This document shows, piece by piece, positions 31,618 through 40,248 of a DNA stretch of 64,000 nucleotides. The DNA comes from Nostoc sp. DedSLP01. GTDB lineage: Bacteria; Cyanobacteriota; Cyanobacteriia; Cyanobacteriales; Nostocaceae. Location: NCBI GenBank assembly GCA_034530875.2, contig JAVRCJ020000003.1:330514-394513 (forward strand), read 5' to 3'. The stretch's first letter is position 1. Every line of letters starts with the position of its first letter. The notes beneath the pieces were generated by a model. That model worked only from the letters and a program-made list of their open reading frames with translations. It did not search any database and was not told where the DNA came from. A program made the position numbers and the translations under genes.

Positions 31618-31816
31618 TTGGAAGCAAGTGCCATGAGAAAAGCCACTGTCTTAAAAGTCATCTCACCACACCAAAAATCTTTTTTGGCAAAGTCCCGGCA
31701 ATCTAAAGCTTTTGGAAGTCCCTTAGTGTAAGTTAATATTTAATCGCTATAAAAACCCTTATCCTAAGATATATAGATTTAGGTGATTGAAAATATTTTT
31801 AGGAGGAAACCGCACC

Positions 31817-32293
31817 ATGAACCTCTACCATAAACTTGCTCTTTTAACAGATGATGAGGCAAGAATTTGCCTTAATGGTGTTTTGAAAGGCTTGCTTGCG
31901 CTTCAACCTCAATATGAAGCTTTGTTTGCATCTGAAAATCAAATGCAAGCAGCGATCGAGCAGGTTATTTCAGAACTTGGTCAGGCTCCAAGTTCTGCTA
32001 TTGATACTATTAAAAAGCAAAATACATCAAAAGCTATTCGGCTGATTCTAATTGAAATTGCTGAAAATCCAGAGATAAGCCCCAGGTTAGAGGCGTGGTT
32101 TTCAAGTGCAAGACCAAAGTTGCTAGAACCTGTAACCACTGCTTTAGTTCTCGCTGGCATTATTTTAATTCTTTCAACGGATATCACTATTGAGTACAAA
32201 AATCAGGATGGGAAAAAGAACTTCAGAGTAAAGGTAGAGAAGAAAGCAACACCTAGCAAATTTTTGGAGAAATTTTTTAGTCTTTTTTCGTGA
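31817..32293 (+). CDS. Small protein with one hydrophobic helix and an amphipathic C-terminus; protease-associated, function unknown
   Basis: AGGAGG RBS at 31801 precedes ATG 31817; hydrophobic segment PVTTALVLAGIILIL. Confidence 0.7.
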   Translation: MNLYHKLALLTDDEARICLNGVLKGLLALQPQYEALFASENQMQAAIEQVISELGQAPSSAIDTIKKQNTSKAIRLILIEIAENPEISPRLEAWFSSARPKLLEPVTTALVLAGIILILSTDITIEYKNQDGKKNFRVKVEKKATPSKFLEKFFSLFS

Positions 32294-32420
32294 GCCTACT
32301 TTTAATAGATACTAAACAATAGCTTCAATATATATTAAATATCGGTAATCTTAGGAAATAAAAATTGCCATACGAATAGCAATTACCTAATTCAATACCT
32401 TAAGTATAAATAGGGTTTAT

Positions 32421-34355
32421 ATGATATATGAACGACCCAGTTTTCAACTTTTTATTTTGGGACAACTGTTAAACCATACGCAACCCGAAACCTTAACAGT
32501 GCTTGCCGAATTCAAAAACAGTAGAGCAGTAGAGCGAGTGCAACTGATTCAAAGAGAAGTTGAGGAACTAACTCAAAATATTGCCAATATTAGGGGTTTT
32601 ATTGAAGCTGGATTTCCTGTTATTGATGAATTTGCTCTTGAACAATTTGGTGGTAGACTGTTCGATCTGATTATAAAAAACAATGTAAGAAGGTTATTTG
32701 ATAGAGCAACAGGTTCAACTCAAGAATTGCTGCCTTTGCAGATTTTTGTAGAGGATTACACGATTGCAGGATGGCCTTGGGAATACTTATATGACTCCAA
32801 CTCCAGTGTATTTATGTGCCAAGAGTTTCATCCTATTTCGCGTGGCATTTTTACTCTTTTTCCAGCAGGAAACCAGATTATCCAAAACAATATAGTTCGG
32901 ATTTTATTACTTATCGGAGTTTTAGATGACGATCCAAATACAACTCCAACAGATGAAATTAAATGGATTCAAGAGGTATTTAAAACACAGCTTCAAACAA
33001 GAAAAATTGAATTGAAAATAATGCAGGCAGTTAATCCAAAAGCTTTAGAGGAGGAGCTTCAGAAACATCACTATGATATTTTGCATTTTTTCGGTCATGC
33101 AGGGTTAGATGCTGGACGAAAAGAAGGATATCTCAGATTTGACCAGCCTCAGGGTCAACCGTTCCATTTTCCTGCAAACACTTTTGCTCAGTTGCTAGCA
33201 CAGCAGAAGATTCGATTGGTATTTCTTAATGCTTGCGAAACTGCCAAAGCATCTCAGAATGAAAATCCTGCCAGAAGTTCTGTTGCTGCTGCTTTACTGG
33301 GACGAGGTATTCCTGCTGTTATTTCAACTCAGTTTTCTATACCTGATACCAGCGCTCATTTCCTTTCATCTGTCATTTATAGTGCATTAGTAAATGGAAA
33401 AACTCTTGGAGAAGCTTTACGTGATGGTCGCCGAGCAATGTCCTATGACGCAAACTCTAAGTTCTTTGACTGGGGTATTCCAGTACTTTATTGCTCCGAC
33501 CCAAATCTGAAAATTTTCCCCAATTTTCAAACTCAACCTGAACCCGACAGAGCAGTTACTTTATTTGATAATGCTAATGCTTCAAAAAACTTTATTGACG
33601 ATCGAGAAGAGTTCCCGGAATCAATAATGAGCATTGAACGTTTTAAAGATTTAAATGCACTCTTGCCAGAGAAAAGAATTAGCTTAAACCAAAAGGTTCC
33701 AAGAATAAGGATTGCAATTGTGGACATTGATGCTAAAGTCGGCTTCTTGCCAGAGTTGCTTGAATTTGCTAATCAAGCACAAAAATACTATTGGTTTAAG
33801 GTCGCTTATTTACCGATTCCATCAAATGCAGTCAGAAATAACATCAAGGGTGAATCAGTTACTCCCCAGTTATATTTACCTCTATTAGAGAAATCGCTGA
33901 ATAATGCACCTCAGGGGCTAAACGCAGACCTGGTTTGCTGTTTAACTAAAAATTTAGTTGCTGGAGAAGTCAATGGAAAGCCTTATTATAACTACTTTGC
34001 CTCTGCTTTAAATAGCAACCCAAAAATTTCAGTAGTTTCAACTTTTGGAGTGCGAGGATATGCACGACAGGCAAATGTTGATTTTGCGAAAGCAGTGCTT
34101 GATATTTGCCTCTCAATTCTGCTTGTCACTGAAAGACGTTGGTCATTAGAATATCATGAGGAAACCTGTGGATGTTTGTTTGACCTGTGCCGTAATCGAG
34201 ATGACATTGTTGTGGCATTGAAGCATAAAAAGTTCGATCATAAAACCTGTCGAAACAGGATTAGAGATCCAGAGCAACTTGATGCGATAGATGCTCTGAT
34301 TGATTTGGAAGTAGATCTAGAGAGGGAATCAACTTCTGCCTTAGAAATGGAGTAA
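32421..34355 (+). CDS. CHAT (caspase-like) domain protein with Cys/His-rich C-terminal domain
   Basis: PWEYL, HFFGHAG (His) and FLNACET (Cys) motifs; WGIPVLY; C-terminal HEETCGCLFDLC..HKTC. Confidence 0.85.
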   Translation: MIYERPSFQLFILGQLLNHTQPETLTVLAEFKNSRAVERVQLIQREVEELTQNIANIRGFIEAGFPVIDEFALEQFGGRLFDLIIKNNVRRLFDRATGSTQELLPLQIFVEDYTIAGWPWEYLYDSNSSVFMCQEFHPISRGIFTLFPAGNQIIQNNIVRILLLIGVLDDDPNTTPTDEIKWIQEVFKTQLQTRKIELKIMQAVNPKALEEELQKHHYDILHFFGHAGLDAGRKEGYLRFDQPQGQPFHFPANTFAQLLAQQKIRLVFLNACETAKASQNENPARSSVAAALLGRGIPAVISTQFSIPDTSAHFLSSVIYSALVNGKTLGEALRDGRRAMSYDANSKFFDWGIPVLYCSDPNLKIFPNFQTQPEPDRAVTLFDNANASKNFIDDREEFPESIMSIERFKDLNALLPEKRISLNQKVPRIRIAIVDIDAKVGFLPELLEFANQAQKYYWFKVAYLPIPSNAVRNNIKGESVTPQLYLPLLEKSLNNAPQGLNADLVCCLTKNLVAGEVNGKPYYNYFASALNSNPKISVVSTFGVRGYARQANVDFAKAVLDICLSILLVTERRWSLEYHEETCGCLFDLCRNRDDIVVALKHKKFDHKTCRNRIRDPEQLDAIDALIDLEVDLERESTSALEME

Positions 34356-34663
34356 AAACTAGCAAGATAAGCAAAAAAGGTTTGAAGTTTTTTAGCAATT
34401 GATATACCATGCCGTAACATTAAAAAGTAATTTTTGACAGTTGATAAATTATAAATTTTCAAACTGATAACATCTAAATTTTTAAGTCTATCCTAAATAC
34501 TGGAGTTTAGACTAACCCATGAGAAAATGACTCAGCAGTACTGAGTTAACAAGCTAGACCACTAAAAATATAAAAACTAAAAGTTCAAGAAAGTTCCAAG
34601 GAATAAGTTACTCAACAAAAATCAAAAGCCTACATTTTAACAAAAATGATAATCTTTATTAGA

Positions 34664-34704
34664 GGGATAAGAGGTGGTTGCCGACGGCAACCACCTCTTA
34701 TCCC
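34664..34704. terminator. Perfect hairpin with 20-bp arms between convergent genes
   Basis: GGGATAAGAGGTGGTTGCCG-A-CGGCAACCACCTCTTATCCC. Confidence 0.55.
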
Positions 34705-34779
34705 AATTTAAGATGAAGCTGCATACAAAAAAGCTTTTGATACTGAATTTAGCTAACCCTGCGTCCCCCTGTCTCCCTA

Positions 34780-35427
34780 TCACTGATGAATCGCACCATC
34801 AGGCATGATTGCCCCAGCTAGATTAGCACCGATTAGTTTAACTAGAAGCCTCTCGCCAGAGCGAATCCGCGCGCCGGTTAAGTCAGCACCGCGCAAATCG
34901 GCTCCGCTGAGATCCGCGCCAATTAGATTAGCAGCACGTAAATTTGCTTCCCTGAGATCGGCTAAAAGCAGATTTGCGCGAAATAAATTAGCTTCAGATA
35001 AATTGGCTCCTCTGAGGTTAACTTTGTGCATAAAAGTATCGCTGAGATTAGCACCACTCAAGTTGGCATAACTGAGATTTCTGCCAGATAAATCTTTATT
35101 GCTTAAATTTGCCCGACTATAGTCTTTACCACTCAAGTCTGGATTGTGTTTTGAGGGTGGGTGACTTATGTGAGATGGTGGTTCGTGGTGAGAGGGCTGT
35201 GACTTGTGCGTAGTGTGATGTTTGGTTTTTATAGAGCGCAATTTTTCACGAGCTTCATTAATCGCTTTGAGCTTGTCCTGTGCCTTCTGCTGTAAGCGAA
35301 GATTTTCCTTCGGAATGCGATCGGGATGCCAAACAAAAACCAGATCTTTATAAGCCTGGTTCACTTCCTCAAGCGTTGCACCAGGCTCTATTTCCAAAAT
35401 CCTATAGTACCGCTCCAGATCGCTCAT
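34780..35427 (-). CDS. DnaJ-domain plus pentapeptide repeat protein
   Basis: WHPD J-domain motif; ANLS/ADL repeats. Confidence 0.92.
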   Translation of the reverse strand: MSDLERYYRILEIEPGATLEEVNQAYKDLVFVWHPDRIPKENLRLQQKAQDKLKAINEAREKLRSIKTKHHTTHKSQPSHHEPPSHISHPPSKHNPDLSGKDYSRANLSNKDLSGRNLSYANLSGANLSDTFMHKVNLRGANLSEANLFRANLLLADLREANLRAANLIGADLSGADLRGADLTGARIRSGERLLVKLIGANLAGAIMPDGAIHQ

Positions 35428-35600
35428 ACGTCATTTTGGTGGACAATCAACTTAATTATGAGTGATACAGCGGTCTATCGGCTGTATCTTCTATATATTT
35501 AGGGAGTGGGGAGTAGGGAGTGGGGAATGGGGAGTTAGGAGTGAGGAGTTAGGAGTTAAGAGTTATTATTCTCCCGCTGCTCCCCCTGCTCTCCTGCCCC

Positions 35601-36095
35601 TCATCTTCCCATCTCCCCATTTCTCCATCGAGCGATCGCTCTTAAATATGCTGCAACTGGAATTTGATAAACTTCAATAAAAATCCAAACAATAATTGAA
35701 AAATGCGACAAAAAAGTTAATACTGTCCAAATATATGGCATCCACGTAAATGGTTCGTTGATGTTAGGAGGAAAATAATAAGCTACTATGCCAATGAGAG
35801 TAGTAGGAAGAATTACAAAAGCAGCAGCGGCTAGTGCATAACCCCAACCTAATTCCACCCCTTCTAACTGCGCTTCTGTCCAACTAAACCCATTCCAACG
35901 CCAAATTAAGGGCGGTTGTCTAGAAGGCATTTTGATTTGCTGTAGTTCCAAGTTGACTGTAAAAATCTCTTGGCAAAAATCACAAGCCATAGCTTCCATT
36001 AATGGCATGTGAGAAATCTTACCTATCCGACAGACTGGGCAGGGGTAAACTCCATGATAGTCAAAAGATTTGGCTAAGATTTTGGGACTGGGCAT
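35601..36095 (-). CDS. Conserved cyanobacterial zinc-ribbon membrane protein
   Basis: CPVC...CDFC motifs followed by two TM helices. Confidence 0.65.
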   Translation of the reverse strand: MPSPKILAKSFDYHGVYPCPVCRIGKISHMPLMEAMACDFCQEIFTVNLELQQIKMPSRQPPLIWRWNGFSWTEAQLEGVELGWGYALAAAAFVILPTTLIGIVAYYFPPNINEPFTWMPYIWTVLTFLSHFSIIVWIFIEVYQIPVAAYLRAIARWRNGEMGR

Positions 36096-36811
36096 AATGA
36101 AACTAGTGATTCTAAAAAGTTGATCTGGTGAATGAAAAGTGGGTAAGAATGATACATCGCAATCCTAAATAAAATACAAACAAATCTGTTTCCTGTTTTT
36201 TGTTCCCTCCCACCACAAGTAGTTTGCAAATCAAATAGGATTGGTATACGGCATTTCTCAATTCTTTGGAATCAGCTTTCGTAAGGTAAAACACGACTCA
36301 GGAGAATTAGATGTTTAGATTTTGGAATCCTGGCTCTTTGAATTTTTGAAACACTAAGCTGCCACTGTAAGTTTTCTCTAATTTCTGGGTATTTTCTGTA
36401 TTTATTCATCTGAATTTTTAAATTTTCAACATTAATTTTTGATTATTTACATTGATAAGGTTATACAAATATAATAATTTTTTATTAAAAGAGCCTTTCT
36501 GCTTCTAGACAAATAAATAACAAGCACTTCACTACACAAAATTCTGACAAATTGAGGAAAACAAAGCTTATAATCTAAGCATTTTAAATTTGGAGAGAAG
36601 TTTGAAACTCGTTTCAGGTAAAGCGCACCGATTTCTACTCCAGACGCACAAACGACGACTTGCCGTAGGCATTAAAACAGAGCGTAATGAGTGAATTTTG
36701 CGTAATCCTTTACACAAAGCAAGCTACGCATAGCATTTCCTAGAGAAATGCTATAGTTTTGATTCCCCCAATTGTACTGAGTTTATCGCTTTTTTAGTTT
36801 TCTTGGGGGTC

Positions 36812-36840
36812 TTGACAGCACTAGCTCTTCTTGTTAATGT
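36812..36840 (+). promoter_or_regulatory. Sigma70-type promoter of the DAHP synthase leader
   Basis: TTGACA (36812), 17-bp spacer, extended TGn-TAATGT (36835). Confidence 0.7.
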
Positions 36841-36897
36841 TACTATATGTATGTTTATCTAGTTTAAGTTAAATTTTTCAGCAACAGAGCTTCGCAA

Positions 36898-36954
36898 ATG
36901 TTAAACACAAACTCCTACTTTTATTTTTGGTACAGGGCGGTTCACCGGGAGTGA
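36898..36954 (+). CDS. Attenuator leader peptide 1, MLNTNSYFYFWYRAVHRE
   Basis: Six consecutive aromatic codons (YFYFWY); the 3' end overlaps the antiterminator arm. Confidence 0.8.
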   Translation: MLNTNSYFYFWYRAVHRE

Positions 36955-37018
36955 ATAAAGTTTCCATACGGAAACTGCCCGGTGAACCGCAGAGCGAACT
37001 CTGCGGTTTTGTTTTTTT
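36937..37018 (+). terminator. Attenuator 1: antiterminator and intrinsic terminator
   Basis: GCGGTTCACCGGG (36937-49) pairs with CCCGGTGAACCGC (36978-90), excluding the terminator AACCGCAGAG-CGAA-CTCTGCGGTT (36985-37008) plus its T-tract. Confidence 0.85.
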
Positions 37019-37033
37019 AAGGAGAATTTCATT

Positions 37034-37099
37034 GTGACGACTTATTTCGCTAGTTGGTTTTACGGCTTTTACTTTTGGCCCAGAGTCAGTTCCGGGTAA
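37034..37099 (+). CDS. Attenuator leader peptide 2, MTTYFASWFYGFYFWPRVSSG (GTG start)
   Basis: AAGGAG RBS at 37019; 9 of 21 codons are aromatic (4 Phe, 3 Tyr, 2 Trp). Confidence 0.82.
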   Translation: MTTYFASWFYGFYFWPRVSSG

Positions 37100-37160
37100 A
37101 TTGCGTTATGCCGATAAACCACAACGCGCCCGGAACTTCTCAAAGGTTCCGGGTTTTTTT
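37088..37160 (+). terminator. Attenuator 2: antiterminator and intrinsic terminator
   Basis: AGTTCCGGG (37088-96) pairs with CCCGGAACT (37129-37), excluding the terminator CCCGGAAC...GTTCCGGG (37129-53) plus T7. Confidence 0.85.
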
Positions 37161-37265
37161 ATTAGTCATTGGTCATTGGTCATTAGTCATTAGTGTTCCC
37201 CTGCCTCCTCTGCTCAATGCCCAATCCCCAATCCCCAATACTTAATTTTTAAGGAGAATTAAACC

Positions 37266-38138
37266 ATGATTAACGCTAAACTTGCTGCACAATCCCATCC
37301 CAACCATCAGACAATCGTTAAAGTTTCAGAAAAAGTTGCTTTCGGCGGTGAAGAACTGGTAATTATCGGCGGCCCCTGTACTGTTGAAAGCTGGGAACAA
37401 ATGGAGACAGTGGCGCAGAAACTATCTACGACATCGGTACAAGCTTTGCGTGGCGGTGTGTACAAACCTCGCACATCTCCCTACGCGTTCCAGGGTATGG
37501 GTGAGTCAGGATTGGAAATTTTGGCGAAAGTGCGATCGCTTTACAATATGCCAGTCGTCACCGAGGTGATGTCAATTTCACAAATTGAAGCAGTAGCCAC
37601 CCATGCTGATATGCTTCAAGTTGGTAGCCGCAATATGCAAAACTTCGATTTGCTCAAAGCTTTAGGACAAGCCGGTAAACCGATACTGCTAAAACGCGGT
37701 TTAGCAGCGACTATTGAAGAATTCGTGATGGCAGCAGAATATATTCTCAGTCACGGCAATCCTGATGTGGTGTTGTGCGAAAGGGGTATTCGTAGCTTCG
37801 ATGATTACACGCGCAACGTCCTAGATTTAGGCGCAGTAGCAGCACTCAAACAAATAACTCACCTGCCTGTGATTGTAGATCCCTCCCATGCCGTAGGTAA
37901 ACGGGAATTAGTAGCACCTGTAGCTAGAGCTGCGATCGCTTGCGGTGCAGATGGGTTAATAATTGAGTGTCACCCACAACCAGAAAAATCTGTTTCTGAT
38001 GCCCGTCAAGCACTTTCTTTAGAAGATATGGTGGATTTAGTTGATAGTCTAAAGCTGATTGCAACAGCCGTCGGGCGCAGTATATTACAAACAAAAGGGG
38101 CAGGTTATAAACCTACCCCTTTTGTTTATGCTGCTTGA
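37266..38138 (+). CDS. aroF: 3-deoxy-7-phosphoheptulonate (DAHP) synthase, type I-beta, without N-terminal regulatory domain
   Basis: GPCTVES, KPRTSPYAFQG, GSRNMQNF, LLKRG, CERGIR and DPSH motifs; only 290 aa. Confidence 0.93.
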   Translation: MINAKLAAQSHPNHQTIVKVSEKVAFGGEELVIIGGPCTVESWEQMETVAQKLSTTSVQALRGGVYKPRTSPYAFQGMGESGLEILAKVRSLYNMPVVTEVMSISQIEAVATHADMLQVGSRNMQNFDLLKALGQAGKPILLKRGLAATIEEFVMAAEYILSHGNPDVVLCERGIRSFDDYTRNVLDLGAVAALKQITHLPVIVDPSHAVGKRELVAPVARAAIACGADGLIIECHPQPEKSVSDARQALSLEDMVDLVDSLKLIATAVGRSILQTKGAGYKPTPFVYAA

Positions 38139-38683
38139 ACAAAATATTGAACTTAAACCCTACTCATAATTTTTCATTTGGGTAGGGTTAGCAAAATTAA
38201 TTCTATAAAAGAAAGTAAGATTAATTATTATTTGTATAGCTTGTGACAGAATAAAATACTGCTCCACTCGACTATTTTTTGTCTATAAAAAGTAGTCAGT
38301 TCTCAGGAGTGGTGAATTAGTGAACACACCACCCATGAAGGCATAGTGTTTTAAAAAAAGTTTCAACCCCTGTCTCGTCCACAAAGGACGATTTTTTGAG
38401 CAGTATTTATTCTTCTGATTTCTGAATTCTGACTCCTGAGTTCTTCTTTATAAAACTATACTTTTACAGGTTTTCACACAAATTTCTCTCTAGAGAGCTA
38501 AGCAAAACTCAAACTTATTTAGTATGCTAATGTTTAGCTTGACTAACATTACGTTGAGCTACTAAAAATAGATTACAACAATTTGGCACAAAATGTGACG
38601 TTTGGCAACCAACTTGACTTTTGGGCGATGGCTTATGTCTTTGTGACAAATTGCTCAAGCTAGGCGATCGCTAATGCAGTCGC

Positions 38684-40123
38684 TTGGTTGTCACCCAAAC
38701 CGAAACCACTGCTCGATTGCTAGGTGTTTGTGCTTCTCCTATGATTTTTAATATGCGTTGTTTAACCTCAGTTCAGACGACAAAGCCTTTATCTATATCT
38801 CAAAAGATTCCTCGTCTTTATAGCTTAAGTTCCAGAGGAAGGTTGTGGCTGCTGGTGTTGGGTTTGTCCTACTTATGTGCTGCTTGTAATGCTTCCGAAG
38901 CTCAATCAAGCGGCCAACAAGCAGGTAAAAAGCGAGCTGTGCCAGTGGTGATTGCCACTGCAACTCAAAAAACCATTCCAATACAGCTATCGGCTACGGG
39001 AACAGTAGAAGCATATTCCACTGTATCTGTCAAGTCTCAAGTTGGCGGGCAACTGATTGGAGTTTATTTTCAGCAAGGACAGAACGTCAAGAAAGGAGAC
39101 TTGTTATTTAAAATTGATTCCCGTTCCTTAGAAGCAGCGCTGATGCAAGCTAATGCTGCCAAAGCCAAAGATTTAGCGCAGGTGAAACAGGCACAGGCAA
39201 ATGTAGTAAAAGCGATCGCTCAAGTTAACCAAGCAAAAGCGAATGTCACCAAGGATATCGCCCAAGCTACAAATGCAGACGTGCAGGCGAAAAGATACAA
39301 CAGCTTACTCAAGGAAGGGGCAATCAGCAAAGAACAAGCAGATCAATTCCAGACGACAGCAGCAGCTCAACGAGCAACAGTTAACGCAGACCAAAATGGA
39401 GTAGCAGACGCTCAAGCAGCCGTGGCAGCAGCCGAAGCAGACGTGCAAAACGCCAAAGCAGCAGTAGTAGCAGATGAAGCTGCGATCGCCAATGCAAAAA
39501 TCCAGCTTTCCTACAGTTCCATCTACTCGCCGATTACCGGGCGTACAGGTAGCCTGAAGTTCACTCAAGGCAACTTAATAGAAGCCAACGCCACCGATCC
39601 GTTAATTACCATCAGTCAAATCCGCCCGATTTACGTTAACTTTTCCATTCCACAACGACTCTTGCCAGATTTGAAGAAGTACAGCACTAACGGCAAGTTA
39701 GAAGTCACTGCTATACCTCCCAAAGATAAAGGGCGTCCGATAACGGGAGAACTCACCTTCGTTGATAGCGGACTCAATACCCAAACAGGCACAATTCAAC
39801 TTAAAGCCACCTTTGCCAACACAGAGGATCGCCTAGTTCCAGGGCAGTTTGTCAATGTAGTCCTCAAGCTTACCGAAGAACCAAATGTGATAACCGTGCC
39901 TTCCCAAGCCGTCCAAAGCGGACAACAAGGGCAATTTGTATTTGTAGTCAAACCTGACAAAACAGCCCAAATGCGCCCGGTTACCGTAGGCGACACCATT
40001 GGCAACGAAACAGCCATTACACAAGGGTTGCAAGCAGGCGAACAAATCGTTATCGACGGGCAATTTAACTTAGTACCTGGTGCCGCAGTGCAGGTGAAAC
40101 AGGGAGTGGGGAGTAGGGAGTAG
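38684..40123 (+). CDS. RND efflux periplasmic adaptor (MdtA-like); true start probably downstream
   Basis: Lipoyl half-motifs (VKSQVGG..GQNVKKGDLL; IYSPITGRTG), coiled coil, PGQFV. Confidence 0.9.
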   Translation: MVVTQTETTARLLGVCASPMIFNMRCLTSVQTTKPLSISQKIPRLYSLSSRGRLWLLVLGLSYLCAACNASEAQSSGQQAGKKRAVPVVIATATQKTIPIQLSATGTVEAYSTVSVKSQVGGQLIGVYFQQGQNVKKGDLLFKIDSRSLEAALMQANAAKAKDLAQVKQAQANVVKAIAQVNQAKANVTKDIAQATNADVQAKRYNSLLKEGAISKEQADQFQTTAAAQRATVNADQNGVADAQAAVAAAEADVQNAKAAVVADEAAIANAKIQLSYSSIYSPITGRTGSLKFTQGNLIEANATDPLITISQIRPIYVNFSIPQRLLPDLKKYSTNGKLEVTAIPPKDKGRPITGELTFVDSGLNTQTGTIQLKATFANTEDRLVPGQFVNVVLKLTEEPNVITVPSQAVQSGQQGQFVFVVKPDKTAQMRPVTVGDTIGNETAITQGLQAGEQIVIDGQFNLVPGAAVQVKQGVGSRE

Positions 40124-40248
40124 GGAGTGCTGAGTTAAGAGTTATTTTCATTGTCTACCACACTCCCTTATCTCCCCACACTCCCTCATCTCCCCACACT
40201 CCCTCATCTCCCCACCTCCCCACTCCCTACTCCCCACTCCCCACTAAG

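Noticed and set aside
36847..36867. Tiny uORF MYVYLV as a third leader
   Set aside because: It starts at about the predicted TSS, has no associated terminator or antiterminator, and could be chance in AT-rich DNA.
37054..37245. 63-aa ORF upstream of aroF
   Set aside because: It has no RBS and crosses terminator 2 and STRR repeats. The 37034-37099 leader, in another frame, explains the region.
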